30,172 bases of DNA from Macrostomum lignano (taxonomy: Eukaryota), in contig NIVC01004956.1 in the NCBI GenBank assembly GCA_002269645.1, positions 1 to 30,172 on the forward strand, read 5' to 3'. Shown here in pieces: positions 20,148 to 30,172 of this stretch; position 1 is the first letter of the stretch; every line of letters begins with the position of its first letter. The notes beneath the pieces are model-generated. The model saw only the letters and a list, made by a program, of their open reading frames with translations, was not told the DNA's origin and searched no databases. A program made the position numbers and the translations under genes.

Positions 20148-20781
20148 TTGTAAATAAGATCCAATTTGCTTGAGAGCTGGACGACAAGCTGGTGAGAACT
20201 TATCCTTCCTCAAACTGAGTCCATTTCTGTCGGAATCCACCATAGCATTTCAACATTAGCTATTTGCATTGCGAGGGGCTGCTCGCCTATCCCTATTGCT
20301 ACTAGAAATGAAATAAGCATCGATGCTATCCTGTGTGGATATAATTAATCAATTTGGAATTGTCCTCCACGATCGCGGCCACTCCAGCTTGCTTTGCCTA
20401 AACCTGTGAGGGCCCCATCTCATTCGAGAGCTGCATTATATTTACCCTCCGGGCGCTGCTGCTCTACAAGCTGCATCGTGCAGTGAGCTCGCATTTCACG
20501 TGTCGCGTGCCTGGAGGCAGAGAGATGCTTCTCCATTGTTATCCATTGCTTTGCATTTGCCTTACTTGCAAGCCATTATGCTTGGTAGATAAATTGCGCA
20601 CAATGGAATAATAGATGTGGGTTGTGTTGGACATAGCTAGTCTAGCTGGATGCACGGTGCGAACAGTAATTCTACGATACTTATTTTACCGAGCGCGGGA
20701 CCGATCTCATCTAAGTTGAAAGAACCTCGAATCTCCCTAAGAGCTGTCAAGCAGCAGTTACTAGTGGGACACGCAGTCAAA

Positions 20782-21462
20782 ATGCCAGCAAAATCAGCCG
20801 AGACAGTCGCCGAAGATGCTGTGAAGCGAATTCTGAGCTCGGAACACGCCCGGCTACTGTCTCTGAACTCAAAATCTTCCTCCGCTGCGTCCGATGTGGC
20901 CGCCGAGATTCGACGCCGCAGTCGAGGCCGTGGGCGTTGTTTGGCCACGGTGGGGGCCAAGGCGGTCCTGCTGTACCTGCTGGCCAGCGTGTGCAGCACC
21001 CTACTGTTCGGCCAGTATCCGGCTCTGTGGCAGTTCCTGCAAAACACCGACGCCTTCTCTCGGGCGGAGCTGCAGGTGAACCACCTGATGCGCAGGATCA
21101 CTGTCTCCCTGGGCCTGCACAGCTACGACCTGCTGCACGCCAGGGAGCGGGAGCAGTGCCTGTTGCCGAATCCGCTGCACAAGCGCCGGCTGCGCTGCTG
21201 TCCGTGCAATAACCATCGGGTGGTGACCGCCAAGACCGCCCAGTCCATCCGAAGCCGCTTCAATAAGCTGTTCGACCGCATGGTGAACCCGTTCGCCTAC
21301 TCCAACAATAGCCAGTCGGACTTGAACTTTCAGCAGTTGAAAGCCATCGTTGAGAGCGACTGGCAGGCGGTGAATTCTGGATCGAATCGGTTGAGACTTC
21401 TGTGGCCAGCGGCTGCTGTGGCGGCCGGCGAGCCAGTCAGTTTGGAGCAAATCTTCCTTGGT
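20782..21462 (+). CDS. Type II membrane protein, C6orf89/BRAP-like cupin (JmjC-like) family, exon 1
   Basis: Long GC3-rich ORF. Preferred start MPAKSAE (20782; an in-frame upstream ATG at 20650). Basic RRRSRGRGR precedes a TM (AVLLYLLASVCSTLLFG), then the EQCLLPNP...CCPC motif. Donor GGT|gtaaga, phase 0. Confidence 0.8.
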
Positions 21463-21915
21463 GTAAGAAAACGTTTGACGACTTTGCTATAAGTTCTGAT
21501 CGGACTTTGAACTCATAGCTCGCGCTGCTAAGGAACACTTTAGGCTGCTCCACCTGAAACAGACATTTCTGCCAGTTGCTCCGCGGGTCGGATATTGTTC
21601 AAATCAATGTATATTTGGTTCAGAACCCGTTTTAAAACTAATTCGAACAATCTTTGACCCGTGTATAGCTACTGTCAGTAATGTGTATACGAGCTATCTT
21701 TATGTAAGCCTCCGCGCCTTCCAAATTCGACATTGATCCCTTGAAAACTGTAACGCTTTTGTTTTCGTTGTTCTATTTGATGATCTGCTCTGGAAGTTAA
21801 AATTCTACAACTAGATAACGGATTATTCAGGAAAAATACTGAACTTTTCAAATAGCGCGGGTTCAATTCCAAATTCGATTTGAAATTAGCTCGCGACATT
21901 TTTCGTGCAATTCAC

Positions 21916-22048
21916 GCCCAGCAGGCCCCAACCTCCAAAGCAGAATATGTACTTGTACACGGGTTGTTGATGAAGTCGGGGCCGCTGTACGTGTACACAC
22001 CCTGCTGGAGGATATTACTGCAGAAGTATCCGTAGGAGTCTGAGAGCT
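21916..22048 (-). CDS. Candidate internal exon of an unknown antisense gene nested in the intron of the cupin-like gene
   Basis: Polypyrimidine acceptor cccattcctctggccccag|; open frame (E)LSDSYGYFCSNILQQGVYTYSGPDFINNPCTSTYSALEVGACWA; 22 of 28 core codons end in G/C; possible donor GC|gtgaat at 21915. Confidence 0.5.
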
Positions 22049-22206
22049 CTGGGGCCAGAGGAATGGGCCTGGCTGCTTGCTTCCGGTGATTAATTGCTTG
22101 TTTTAATCGAGTGATTAAGACGTGGTTTAACTGGGTATTTTCGCCGACTTAAATTATATATTCTGATTTATTCTAAATGACTCTTTTTCCACTTTGACCT
22201 GACCAG

Positions 22207-22674
22207 TCTAACACGGCTCCGCCTCCTGGCCGAGCCATCGCGTGGCTTTTCGGCCACCTGCCGGCCATCCGGCTGCTGCGAGATACCGTCCGCCGGCCGG
22301 ACCACGTGCCCGAGCTCACCGAAGACGTGTTCGCTCGCCAGTTCATCTTTCTAGGCGACGGCTTGCCCGCTGGCGAGAGCGTCCATCTGGGCGACTTAGA
22401 GAGCATCCGCGGCCTGGCCTTCGCCTTCTCGCTGCACGGCGAGGTGTCCATTAGCCTGGCCCTGAAGCCGGAGTGCTGCCCGGCTGAGGTGTCCAAGCCG
22501 GACTACCGCAACCAGACCCGGCGTCTCGGCTCCGGTGATGTGCTGGGCTTCATGTCCAACTGCTACTGGTTTAGTCTGGCCAAGCAGTCCACGTCGGGTT
22601 ACGCCATCGTGTATTTCGGTTCCGTTTACAACGGCATTCACCCCATTGAGAGCAAGGTGGCTACAAAAAAGTGA
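22207..22674 (+). CDS. C6orf89/BRAP-like cupin protein, exon 2 (terminal)
   Basis: ctgaccag|TCT, phase 0; AWLFGHLPAIRLLRDTVRRPDHVPE...FIFLG...H...G...KPECC...GDVL...YW...GSVY; stop at 22674. Joined protein is 382 aa. Family assigned by pattern recognition only. Confidence 0.75.
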   Translation, partial: SNTAPPPGRAIAWLFGHLPAIRLLRDTVRRPDHVPELTEDVFARQFIFLGDGLPAGESVHLGDLESIRGLAFAFSLHGEVSISLALKPECCPAEVSKPDYRNQTRRLGSGDVLGFMSNCYWFSLAKQSTSGYAIVYFGSVYNGIHPIESKVATKK

Positions 22675-22933
22675 TAGTTTTGGTGTATTTGCTCTTCAAC
22701 GATTGACTGCGAGAAAACTATTGTCACGTTATTGGCGTAGAGGTTATGACCCTTAAAAGGGCCGTTTGACGAGAATTGTCGTAGGTTGTTGTAGTCCCAA
22801 AATGACTCAAAGCCAATTCTAGCAAAGCGGATTGTGTAGCGGAGCACTTGGCGTATAAGGGCAGGAAACTGCCGTAGCTAATTTATTGTCGAGATCAATA
22901 TTAGACTGGTCAATATCAATACAAAACTTATAG

Positions 22934-23365
22934 TGTTCTGGGCACTGTCGGCTGCAACAATGGTTTTGAAGTGATTAGAATATGAAGTCGAGTAGCAGGC
23001 GAAGGATACAATGGCGACGCAACGTAGTGAGTGATGTCGATGAGCACAGTGGAGGCAGTGAGTAGTAAGTAGACAGGCAGATAAGTAGCGATGAGAGTGG
23101 CGTTAGCCGTGGCAGTACACAGTGGAGTACAGAGTGTGAACAGGCTGGCCCATACAGAGGAGCTGTGGCGTGAGATAAGGAGGCTCGAGGCAGCCAGGAG
23201 AGAGAAGGAAAACGAGACGAAAACACAAGGGCCGCAAGAGAAGACCCCCCAGGCCGCCGCCAGGCGGGGGTTAATAAAGGGGCGCAGAAGGGTTAGCATA
23301 AAACACGGAGAGTTTTCATTGGCTGGCGAGAGAACTTGAAATTATCGATCGTGCTAAAATTTACA
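22934..23365 (-). mobile_element. Probable solo LTR, unrelated to the BEL LTR at 24441
   Basis: A 432-bp GC-rich island bounded by TGT...ACA. On the minus strand: CCAAT, then TTTATTAA, then a pyrimidine-rich tract. No matching TSD found. Confidence 0.4.
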
Positions 23366-24255
23366 GACGAACGCAAGGCCTACCAAATACACAGTGAATT
23401 AGCCATTGATACAGATTATTTGCACGCTACTACAAGTAAACGTTAAAATAAACTATTGGAGAAATTAAAATGAGAAATTGCAAGGGAAACTACAGTCCAA
23501 CGGCCCTTTTGCGGGACCACTTATACTAGCAACGTCACTATCCTCGGTCAAAAGTTAAATCCTTGCTATACTCACACTGTAATGTTTTATTTATTGCTTT
23601 CAAGGAAAATATCCACCCAGCGAACTTATATAAACAAAAAACATCTCGATCCCTTATACTTAACATTTACTTCAAATTATACATAATTATGTATCAATCG
23701 GCTATCACTTGATTATACTATAGGTAGAGAATCAAGTTACTCAATGTGAATGTATGAGCAGGATTTTACGTACTTGATCGCTTTCAGTGAAAGTACATAA
23801 TTATGATAAATTGTGTATAATGATTTAGGGGGTAGACAATGATGATTTTTGAGTGCACATGTGATGTACAGCGTGAGACAACGAAATTGACGAAAGAATG
23901 GCATTTCAAGTTTGAATGCAGTGGAACCCAACCATGAACAAAATATAACTATCTGATCCAACTGTTACATGCTACATGTGCTGCAGAGCTTGATGTGCAG
24001 CAGTTAATGCGAGAGCCAAATGCTTCATTTTTTCATCAATACAGTTCCCTTCCAACTCGGGAAAAGTAACTCGGGGCAGTAATGTAAAATTGAAAATTTA
24101 GCTGCAATGTAAGCCTCGCAATTATAATATACAAAAATATTAAAATTTGCTATTTGCAATTCTTAGTGGGCTTTAACTAATGGAAGCTGTTAAAGAAATA
24201 ATCAAGTCTAATAAATCTGAGGGTTACACTTTAAAAAAAACGGGTAAATGAGCCC

Positions 24256-24451
24256 TGTGGCTAAATTATTGCTTATATATTAAATTAAATCGATGTTCTC
24301 TCTCTCCAACTCTCTGACTCAACAACGCCTCACGCACATCAACCCCACCCCAACACACTCTGAGACGGGGACCGCCAAGTGTACACTGGCGACGCTACAC
24401 ATAGCAGAGGGTCGGTACGCAGGCACTCCAAATCCAATACACTCCCCCTAA
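24256..24451 (-). mobile_element. Polypurine tract (24451-24442) and 3' LTR (starts 24441) of the BEL/Pao element; distal LTR end uncertain
   Basis: Minus strand TTAGGGGGAG|TGTATTGG, ~340 nt after the pol stop. Candidate CA ends at 24294 or 24256. The 5' LTR lies outside the window. Confidence 0.7.
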
Positions 24452-24792
24452 TGATGCTTCATCATTACAGTACTTAACATTGTTATTTGAAAAAGAAACT
24501 CGCCATTAACTTAAATGAAATTAAACGAAATGAATAGCAAAAAACAAACGAACAACAAAAAACGCTCCAACATTACAACAGACTTGATGACTAAAAATGT
24601 GACACACCATCACCAGAGTACTGAGTTAACGAAAAAGTAGGAACAAAGGGAAAACGAAACTCAAAAAAATCCAATCAGCGCTAAGGAGCTCAAAAGGTAA
24701 GATTGAAAGGGAGTGAAAATTACTGCGAACTAAAACTAAACAGAAACTCGAAACAACGATTAGAACAGTCATTGAAAGTCAGTTACTTAAGT

Positions 24793-27700
24793 TCATTCAG
24801 TTTTCACAGCTTCCAGCAAAATCAGGTTCTCCACCGGTCGGCGAATCAAGCATCTCCTGGGACCGCGGCCAGGTCTGGGCGCGACTCGAACCGTTGCAGA
24901 TCTCACCGCCCCGTCTCGGCCAGGATGCACCGACTCGATGACACCGGTACACCAGGTAAGCCTCGGCTGCCCGGCCTCACCTTTCACCAGGACGATGTCG
25001 CCGGCCGTAGCTTCTCGAGTTACGCCATGCTTGGGACTTAGATTATGTTCTCGCAGGCTGGTCAGATACTGTCGCTCCCAGCAGTCCCAGAAGGCTTGCA
25101 GTCTGGCGCGCATTCGCCTCAGCAGTGTTGGCAACGGCAGCAGGAGCTCGGGCGTACCGCTAGAAGTTGGCTCCGCCGTCAGCCGTTGCAGGACCAGAAA
25201 GTGCGCCGGCGTCAGGACTTCTCCGTTGGTTTCGGCATCCACGTAGAGTAGAGGCCGACTGTTGAGCACCGCTTCCACCTCCATTAGCACTGTCCGCAGT
25301 TCGTCCAGCGTCAGGGTTGCGTTGAGGATGGTCTTGCGCAAAGCCAGCTTGATGTCCCTCATCAGTCGCTCCCAGAAGCCTCCTTGCCACGGTGCGCGTT
25401 CGACGATGAATTGCCAGGTGATTTTCCTGGTGGCGCAGAAGTCTTGAACTTGTCGACTCTCCGACGCCTGAAGTATTTTGGCAGCCTTGGTGAATGTCTT
25501 GGCGTTGTCACTGATGAGATTGGGAATTCCTCTCCGAGCACAGAACCGTCGGAGGGCTTGCAGGAAGGTCTCGGTCGTCAAGTCGCTCACCAGTTCCAGG
25601 TGAAGGGCTCGCGTGGCCGCACAGGTGAAAACCAGGATATAGCCTTTCTCGATCTCTGTGTCCTCCATCAGTTTGACAGGTTCGCAGTAGTCGAGTCCGC
25701 ACCACTCAAAGGCTCTCCCAGACTTCACGCGTGCTTCAGGTAAGGCTGGGATTTGCTTCACTGCATATGGTAGTCCTTGAAGACGTCTGCAGACAAAGCA
25801 ACTTCTCAGGATCGACTTGACTCGCTGTCTTCCTCTGATTAGCCAGAATCTCTCTCGCAGCTTACAAAGAGTGCTGGGCACCCCCCCCGTGCAGAACCTT
25901 GGCGTGAGCGTCCCAGATGAGAAGAAGCTCCAGGTGTGACTTGCTCGGGATCAGAATCGGACAGTCAACCTCGGCAGAGGCGTTGGACTCCTTCAATCGA
26001 CCTTGGCTTCGGAGAATACTCTTGTTGTCGAGAAAAAGATTCAACTGCCTGCTGAGATCTGTACTGGCCGCTGACTCCTGAATGTGAGCAATTTCGGCTT
26101 GAAAACTCCGTCTCTGCACTTCTCGCAGCCAGCGCTCTTCAGCTTCAAGGACTTCTGCTGCAGCCAGTGGTCCCACTCGCTCCTCCCCCGCTGCAGAAGT
26201 TCTAGCTTGCAGGTTTCTGACGAAGCGTAGGACATAGGCTGTCACCCGAATCAGCTTGATCCAGGATGAGAAGTTCGTGTCATTGAGAACTTCCTGTAGA
26301 CTGATGTCAGGACCGGCTTCAGTTAGCAGAACAACTGGACGGTTCGCTTGTGTCTTCTGCTCCTCGGCAACTGCCGCTGTCGGTAAGCTGAGAAAGGATT
26401 GGTCGGGCCAATCGTCAGGAGGTCGTGCCAGCCAGTCTGGACCGTGCCACCAGCTGTCGTCCGCCTTCAACTTGCTCGCTGATGTTCCTCGAGATGCAAC
26501 GTCCGCCGGATTCTCCTCGCCTGGGACATGTCTCCAGGCATCCTCTGGCACCAGGCGGCGGATCTCCGTCACCCGATTATGAACAAAGAGCTTCCAGGGT
26601 CTGTGCTGCCGGATCCAGTAGAGCGTGTCGGCACTGTCTGTCCAGCAAAACACCTGGCGAACCTGAGGATACTGACTCATGGATGATGTCAACAGTCTGG
26701 CGAGTATCAAGGCACCCAGGAGTTCGAGCCGAGGAATTGAAAGAACCGACAGTGGAGCCACTCTCGCCTTGGCGGCCACCAGGTTGCAGCTGACGGAACC
26801 ATCGGTGTACTGCACTCGCAGGTAAAGACACGCCGCATAGAATTTGATTGACGCATCACAGAACCCATGCAGCTGTATCTCCTCGACCTCCTTCGTCGCC
26901 GAAAGCACCAACCTTGGAACTTGAAATCGACCTGCCAGCATCTCCTGCAACCACTTCAGCCACTGCTGCTTAATCGGCTCCTTTAGCGGGCAGTCCCAAG
27001 CGATCTTTTCAACGCACAGCTTCTGGAACATCGATTTCGGCAACGTAAGCAGCGGAACCAGGAAGCCCAGAGGATCGTAGACACGGGCCAGCAGCTGTAG
27101 CACGACACGCTTGGAGGGCGACGCCTTGAGCAAATCTTCTGGCGGAGAAAACTGCAGCACGAACACGTCCGATCCTGTCTCCCATCGCAGCCCGAGGACT
27201 TTTGACGATACGCCATCTTCGCCCAAGGAGGCGGCTGAATAGCTGGAGGGGTCCTCCGTTATGTCCTTTGTCACCGCCGACAACGCCGGAGCAAGAACAT
27301 CACTGTCAAGTGTGCTGGCGCGAACCGCTTTCAATACATTCTTGCTGTTGGACTGCCAGTGTCGCAGATTCATTCCAGCCTGTTGGAATATGTGCCGGGA
27401 TTTTTGGATGAGATCCAGGGCCTGCTGTTCATCCACGCACCCAGAGATCAGGTTGTCCACATAGATTTCTTTGGACACCTTATCCACGAACTCTGCATGC
27501 GGGCCTCGGTGAGATGCCAAGTGGTGTTGAATGACAGTCTCCAGGACGGCAGGTGAGCAGGTGAGTTCGAACACCAGAGCAGCGTAGCGCAGAACAACGA
27601 GAGGTGAATCAGCTTGACTGGGATCCCGTGGCCAGAGGAATCGTAGAGCATCGCGGTCGTCTTCTGCAATTCGGATCTGCAAAAAAGCCTTCTCAATATC

Positions 27701-30172
27701 GGCAGTCAAGGCGATCGGATGAAGTCGAAATGCCTGAAGCAGTCGCGGAATCTCGGCCAACGAACAGGTTCCTGTTTCCAGACAGTCATTCAGCGATGGA
27801 CTGCACTGATCTCGCTTGGCACTCGCGTCGAAAACCACTCGAACTTTGGTCGATTCAGCTTCAGAACGGATTACGGCTCGGTGGGGTAGGTAGTGGATGA
27901 GATCGCTGGTCCCATCTGGAGCTTCTTCGACTACGCCAGCTTCCTTCTGACTGGTCAGAATGCGGTGGTACTCCTGAAGTAGCGCAGGCTCACGACGCAG
28001 CCTCGTCAGATTGGTCTTTAGTCTCTTGAACGCTACCTCGAAGTTGTCGGGCAATCTTAATTCCTTTTTGGGAATCTTCCACGGCAGCTGAACTGAGTAG
28101 CGACCCTCTTGGAACTGGGCATTCAGAGTCAGTGGACGCTGATCAGGCTCGGCTGCACTTCTGATGCCGAGACCTTCTAAAGTCCAGAACGCCTCGATGG
28201 TGCTGCTGTCCAGACCTTTCTCCGTTCCTTGAGCACAGCAGAGAAGAACCTGCTCTGACCTGGTCTCTAGCTCACTTGCGGCGAACCCATCTGACAGTGA
28301 CCCGCACAGCAACCAACCGAGCTGACTGGATACGGCAACTGGACCGGAGCCGACCTCTGAGCGAATCACTTGACCTGTGACAGGTCGTAGAATTGGTCAG
28401 CTCCGATGAGGATACTGATCTCGGGATTCTGTTCACCACCGATGTCCCAGTCTGCCATGTCGAGGTGTTGAAAGTGCTTCATGCACAAGCTGCTGACAAC
28501 TGGCTGATGAGAGCAGATGTAAGGCACTGTGTTGGCGCGCACTGTGAACTGGGGCGGTGCTGTCAGATTTCCGAAGCTTGAACTCGACCATCGCAGTCTG
28601 CAGCACCTTGGCCTCTGTGCCACCGAATGTTGTCTCTCTGCCAAGCTGGTCAAGATGAACGAACGGTTGCTTGCAGAGTCAAAGAGAATTCGCACCGGAG
28701 TCTCCTGATTGTTAACAGTCGAAATCAGTACAGCTCCCGCTGTTGGAAGGATCACTGTTTGAGCTTTTGTCACCATAGCCATGGACTTCACTTCTTGACT
28801 CTTCACATTCTGTGCAGCAGCCTGCTCGGACTTCTTCCGGTCTTCTCCCACCTTTCCAAGTGTGGAGCCGGGTGCCTTCGGTCCATCCTTACCCTGCAGC
28901 TTCTCCATGCGTGCGCTACAAAGACTTGGGTGATGCTTCATCTGGCAGAATTCACATTGCTTCTTGTGGTAGCAGGTCTTGACGCTGTGTCCCTTGCAGA
29001 GACAGCTGAAGCAACGCCTCTGCTCCTTCAAAAACTGGAGTCGTGCCGCAACGTCTACCAGGCGAGTGCACTTCTCTGGAGCATGTTCAGTTTCGCAGAA
29101 GGGACAAGCCGTGCTGACCTTTTTGACCTTCGTGTGAAGCGCAGCCACTGTGCCGCCATCCCTTGTCTGTTTCTCACCAGTAGTCTTGGACGCTCCATTG
29201 GAACCGGACGTCTGCCCTGCAGCTCCAACGGCCGCCTCCTCCCGGACTAAAATCTCCATTTCCAAGACCTGCAGAAACTCCGTCACAGAATCTAAGCCAT
29301 TGCCATCCCTCATCTGCGACAAGCTGCTACCAAAGGAATAACCGACGGAAGCAATCCGAGCAGTTCTCAGCATCCCGAGACGAACGACTTCCGGCAGCTT
29401 CGCCAGCAAGTTGGGCAGCAACATGGACTCGTAAGATTCGACACTCACCCCGAGATTCGTCAGACTGCGGACATTTCCATTGACTTGGTCGTAGAAATTC
29501 CTCAGGTGCTGTGCCGACGAACTGGAGCAGGTCAGCACCGAGAACTTTGCCAGGTGCTCGCGCACGGCTCCGTTGCGGGATCCAAATCGTCGTTGCAGGT
29601 TGTCGATGGCGATATGGTAGTTGTCCTTCGTGATGTTGAGACCAGCGATCGAGTTTCGGGCTTCCCCAGACAGACACGACTGCAGGTAGCTGAATTTGTG
29701 ACGACACTCAGGCTCGGGTTGTCATGGATACTGGAGTTGAAGCGGTCCCAGAATTCCGTCCATTGGGTCCGATCGCCACTGAATGACGGTGGCGGCAGTT
29801 TTGGCAACCTGATGGCAGTCTGAGTCCTTGTCGTTGAAGAATTCTCTTCCGAAGACTTGGACGAAGTCGTCGTCTGTATGGCTGTATTCTGCAGCAGATT
29901 TGTTGCCTGCGGCGTGCCGGTCCGCGCGGTCTGAAGCTCCTGGAGCCGTCTGGTGAGGTTCGAGATCAATTTGCCAGCCAGCAGGTCGTACTCCATTGTC
30001 GTCTCTGCTTCAGCCTGCACGTCCTTCTCGTCAACCTCCGCGGCGAGCTCTTCATCTGCTGCTTGGAGCTGCTGCTTCTTGAACCGTAGAGCCTCTAGAA
30101 CGCTGTCGATTTCATCTTCAGCAGCATCTGTTTTGAGCAGGTCTTCGGCTTTCTGTGCAGTCTGGTGACCGT
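24793..30172 (-). mobile_element. BEL/Pao LTR retrotransposon gag-pol (gag, 3 Zn knuckles, protease, RT, RNase H, integrase), frameshifted, truncated by the window end
   Basis: IRLPKLPPPSFSGDRTQWTEFWDRF (Pao gag); CPFC..H..C, CFSC..H..C, CEFC..HH..C; ILFDSAS (protease); DIEKAFLQI and YVDN (RT); GFCDAS/ELLG/TDS (RNase H); HAKVLH..CFVC, LDY, SDN, WERL (integrase); GDIVLVK..W..G.I..GRDG.VR C-terminal domain. Domain order PR-RT-RH-IN. Confidence 0.97.

Noticed and set aside
20430-20560. Minus-strand ATG frame (MEKHLSASRH...QQRPE) ending at G|gtaaat, divergent from the cupin-like gene
   Set aside because: No recognisable product, and the only phase-matched downstream acceptor found (~19695) gives a stop after 11 codons.
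20650-20781. Upstream in-frame ATG extending the cupin-like ORF by 44 aa
   Set aside because: The extension lacks the GC3 bias of the downstream CDS, and 20782 has an A-rich (AAAATG) context. It is not excluded, but not preferred.
27440-27480. RT motif YVDN instead of YVDD
   Set aside because: YVDN is common in BEL/Pao reverse transcriptases, so it is not evidence of novelty or inactivation.
24938-30168. Plus-strand and alternate-frame ORFs over the retrotransposon, and similar ones over 1182-1637 and 20637-21450
   Set aside because: They are antisense or alternate-frame shadows of GC-rich coding sequence.

Overview
Eukaryotic (animal) genomic DNA: GC3-rich spliced exons in AT-rich introns full of repeats and transposons. 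A free-living invertebrate such as a flatworm is plausible, but the host cannot be fixed from sequence alone. There are three reconstructable host genes. (1) A proteasome beta5 (PSMB5-type) gene on the minus strand, join(13239..13120, 2440..2162, 1556..1152), 267 aa, with a ~10.7 kb first intron holding nested transposons and a 2.7 kb composite minisatellite. (2) A head-to-head, homeobox-less ceramide synthase (CerS1/LAG1 type) on the plus strand, 6 exons, 14990..17892, 345 aa. (3) A 2-exon type II membrane protein with a C6orf89-like cupin fold, 20782..22674. The last ~5.9 kb is a young-looking BEL/Pao LTR retrotransposon on the minus strand, cut off by the window end. Mobile DNA also includes a decayed Penelope-like element with a degenerate hammerhead motif, several MITEs with clear TIR/TSD, a Helitron-like piece, a tRNA-derived SINE head and a probable solo LTR. 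The best leads are an unannotated antisense exon nested in the intron of gene 3, a candidate poison exon in the ceramide synthase, an atypical active-site-adjacent loop in beta5, and an unclassified DNA element with a perfect 8-bp TSD. I cannot establish a new multi-gene system. There is no CRISPR array and no intact rRNA or tRNA gene.
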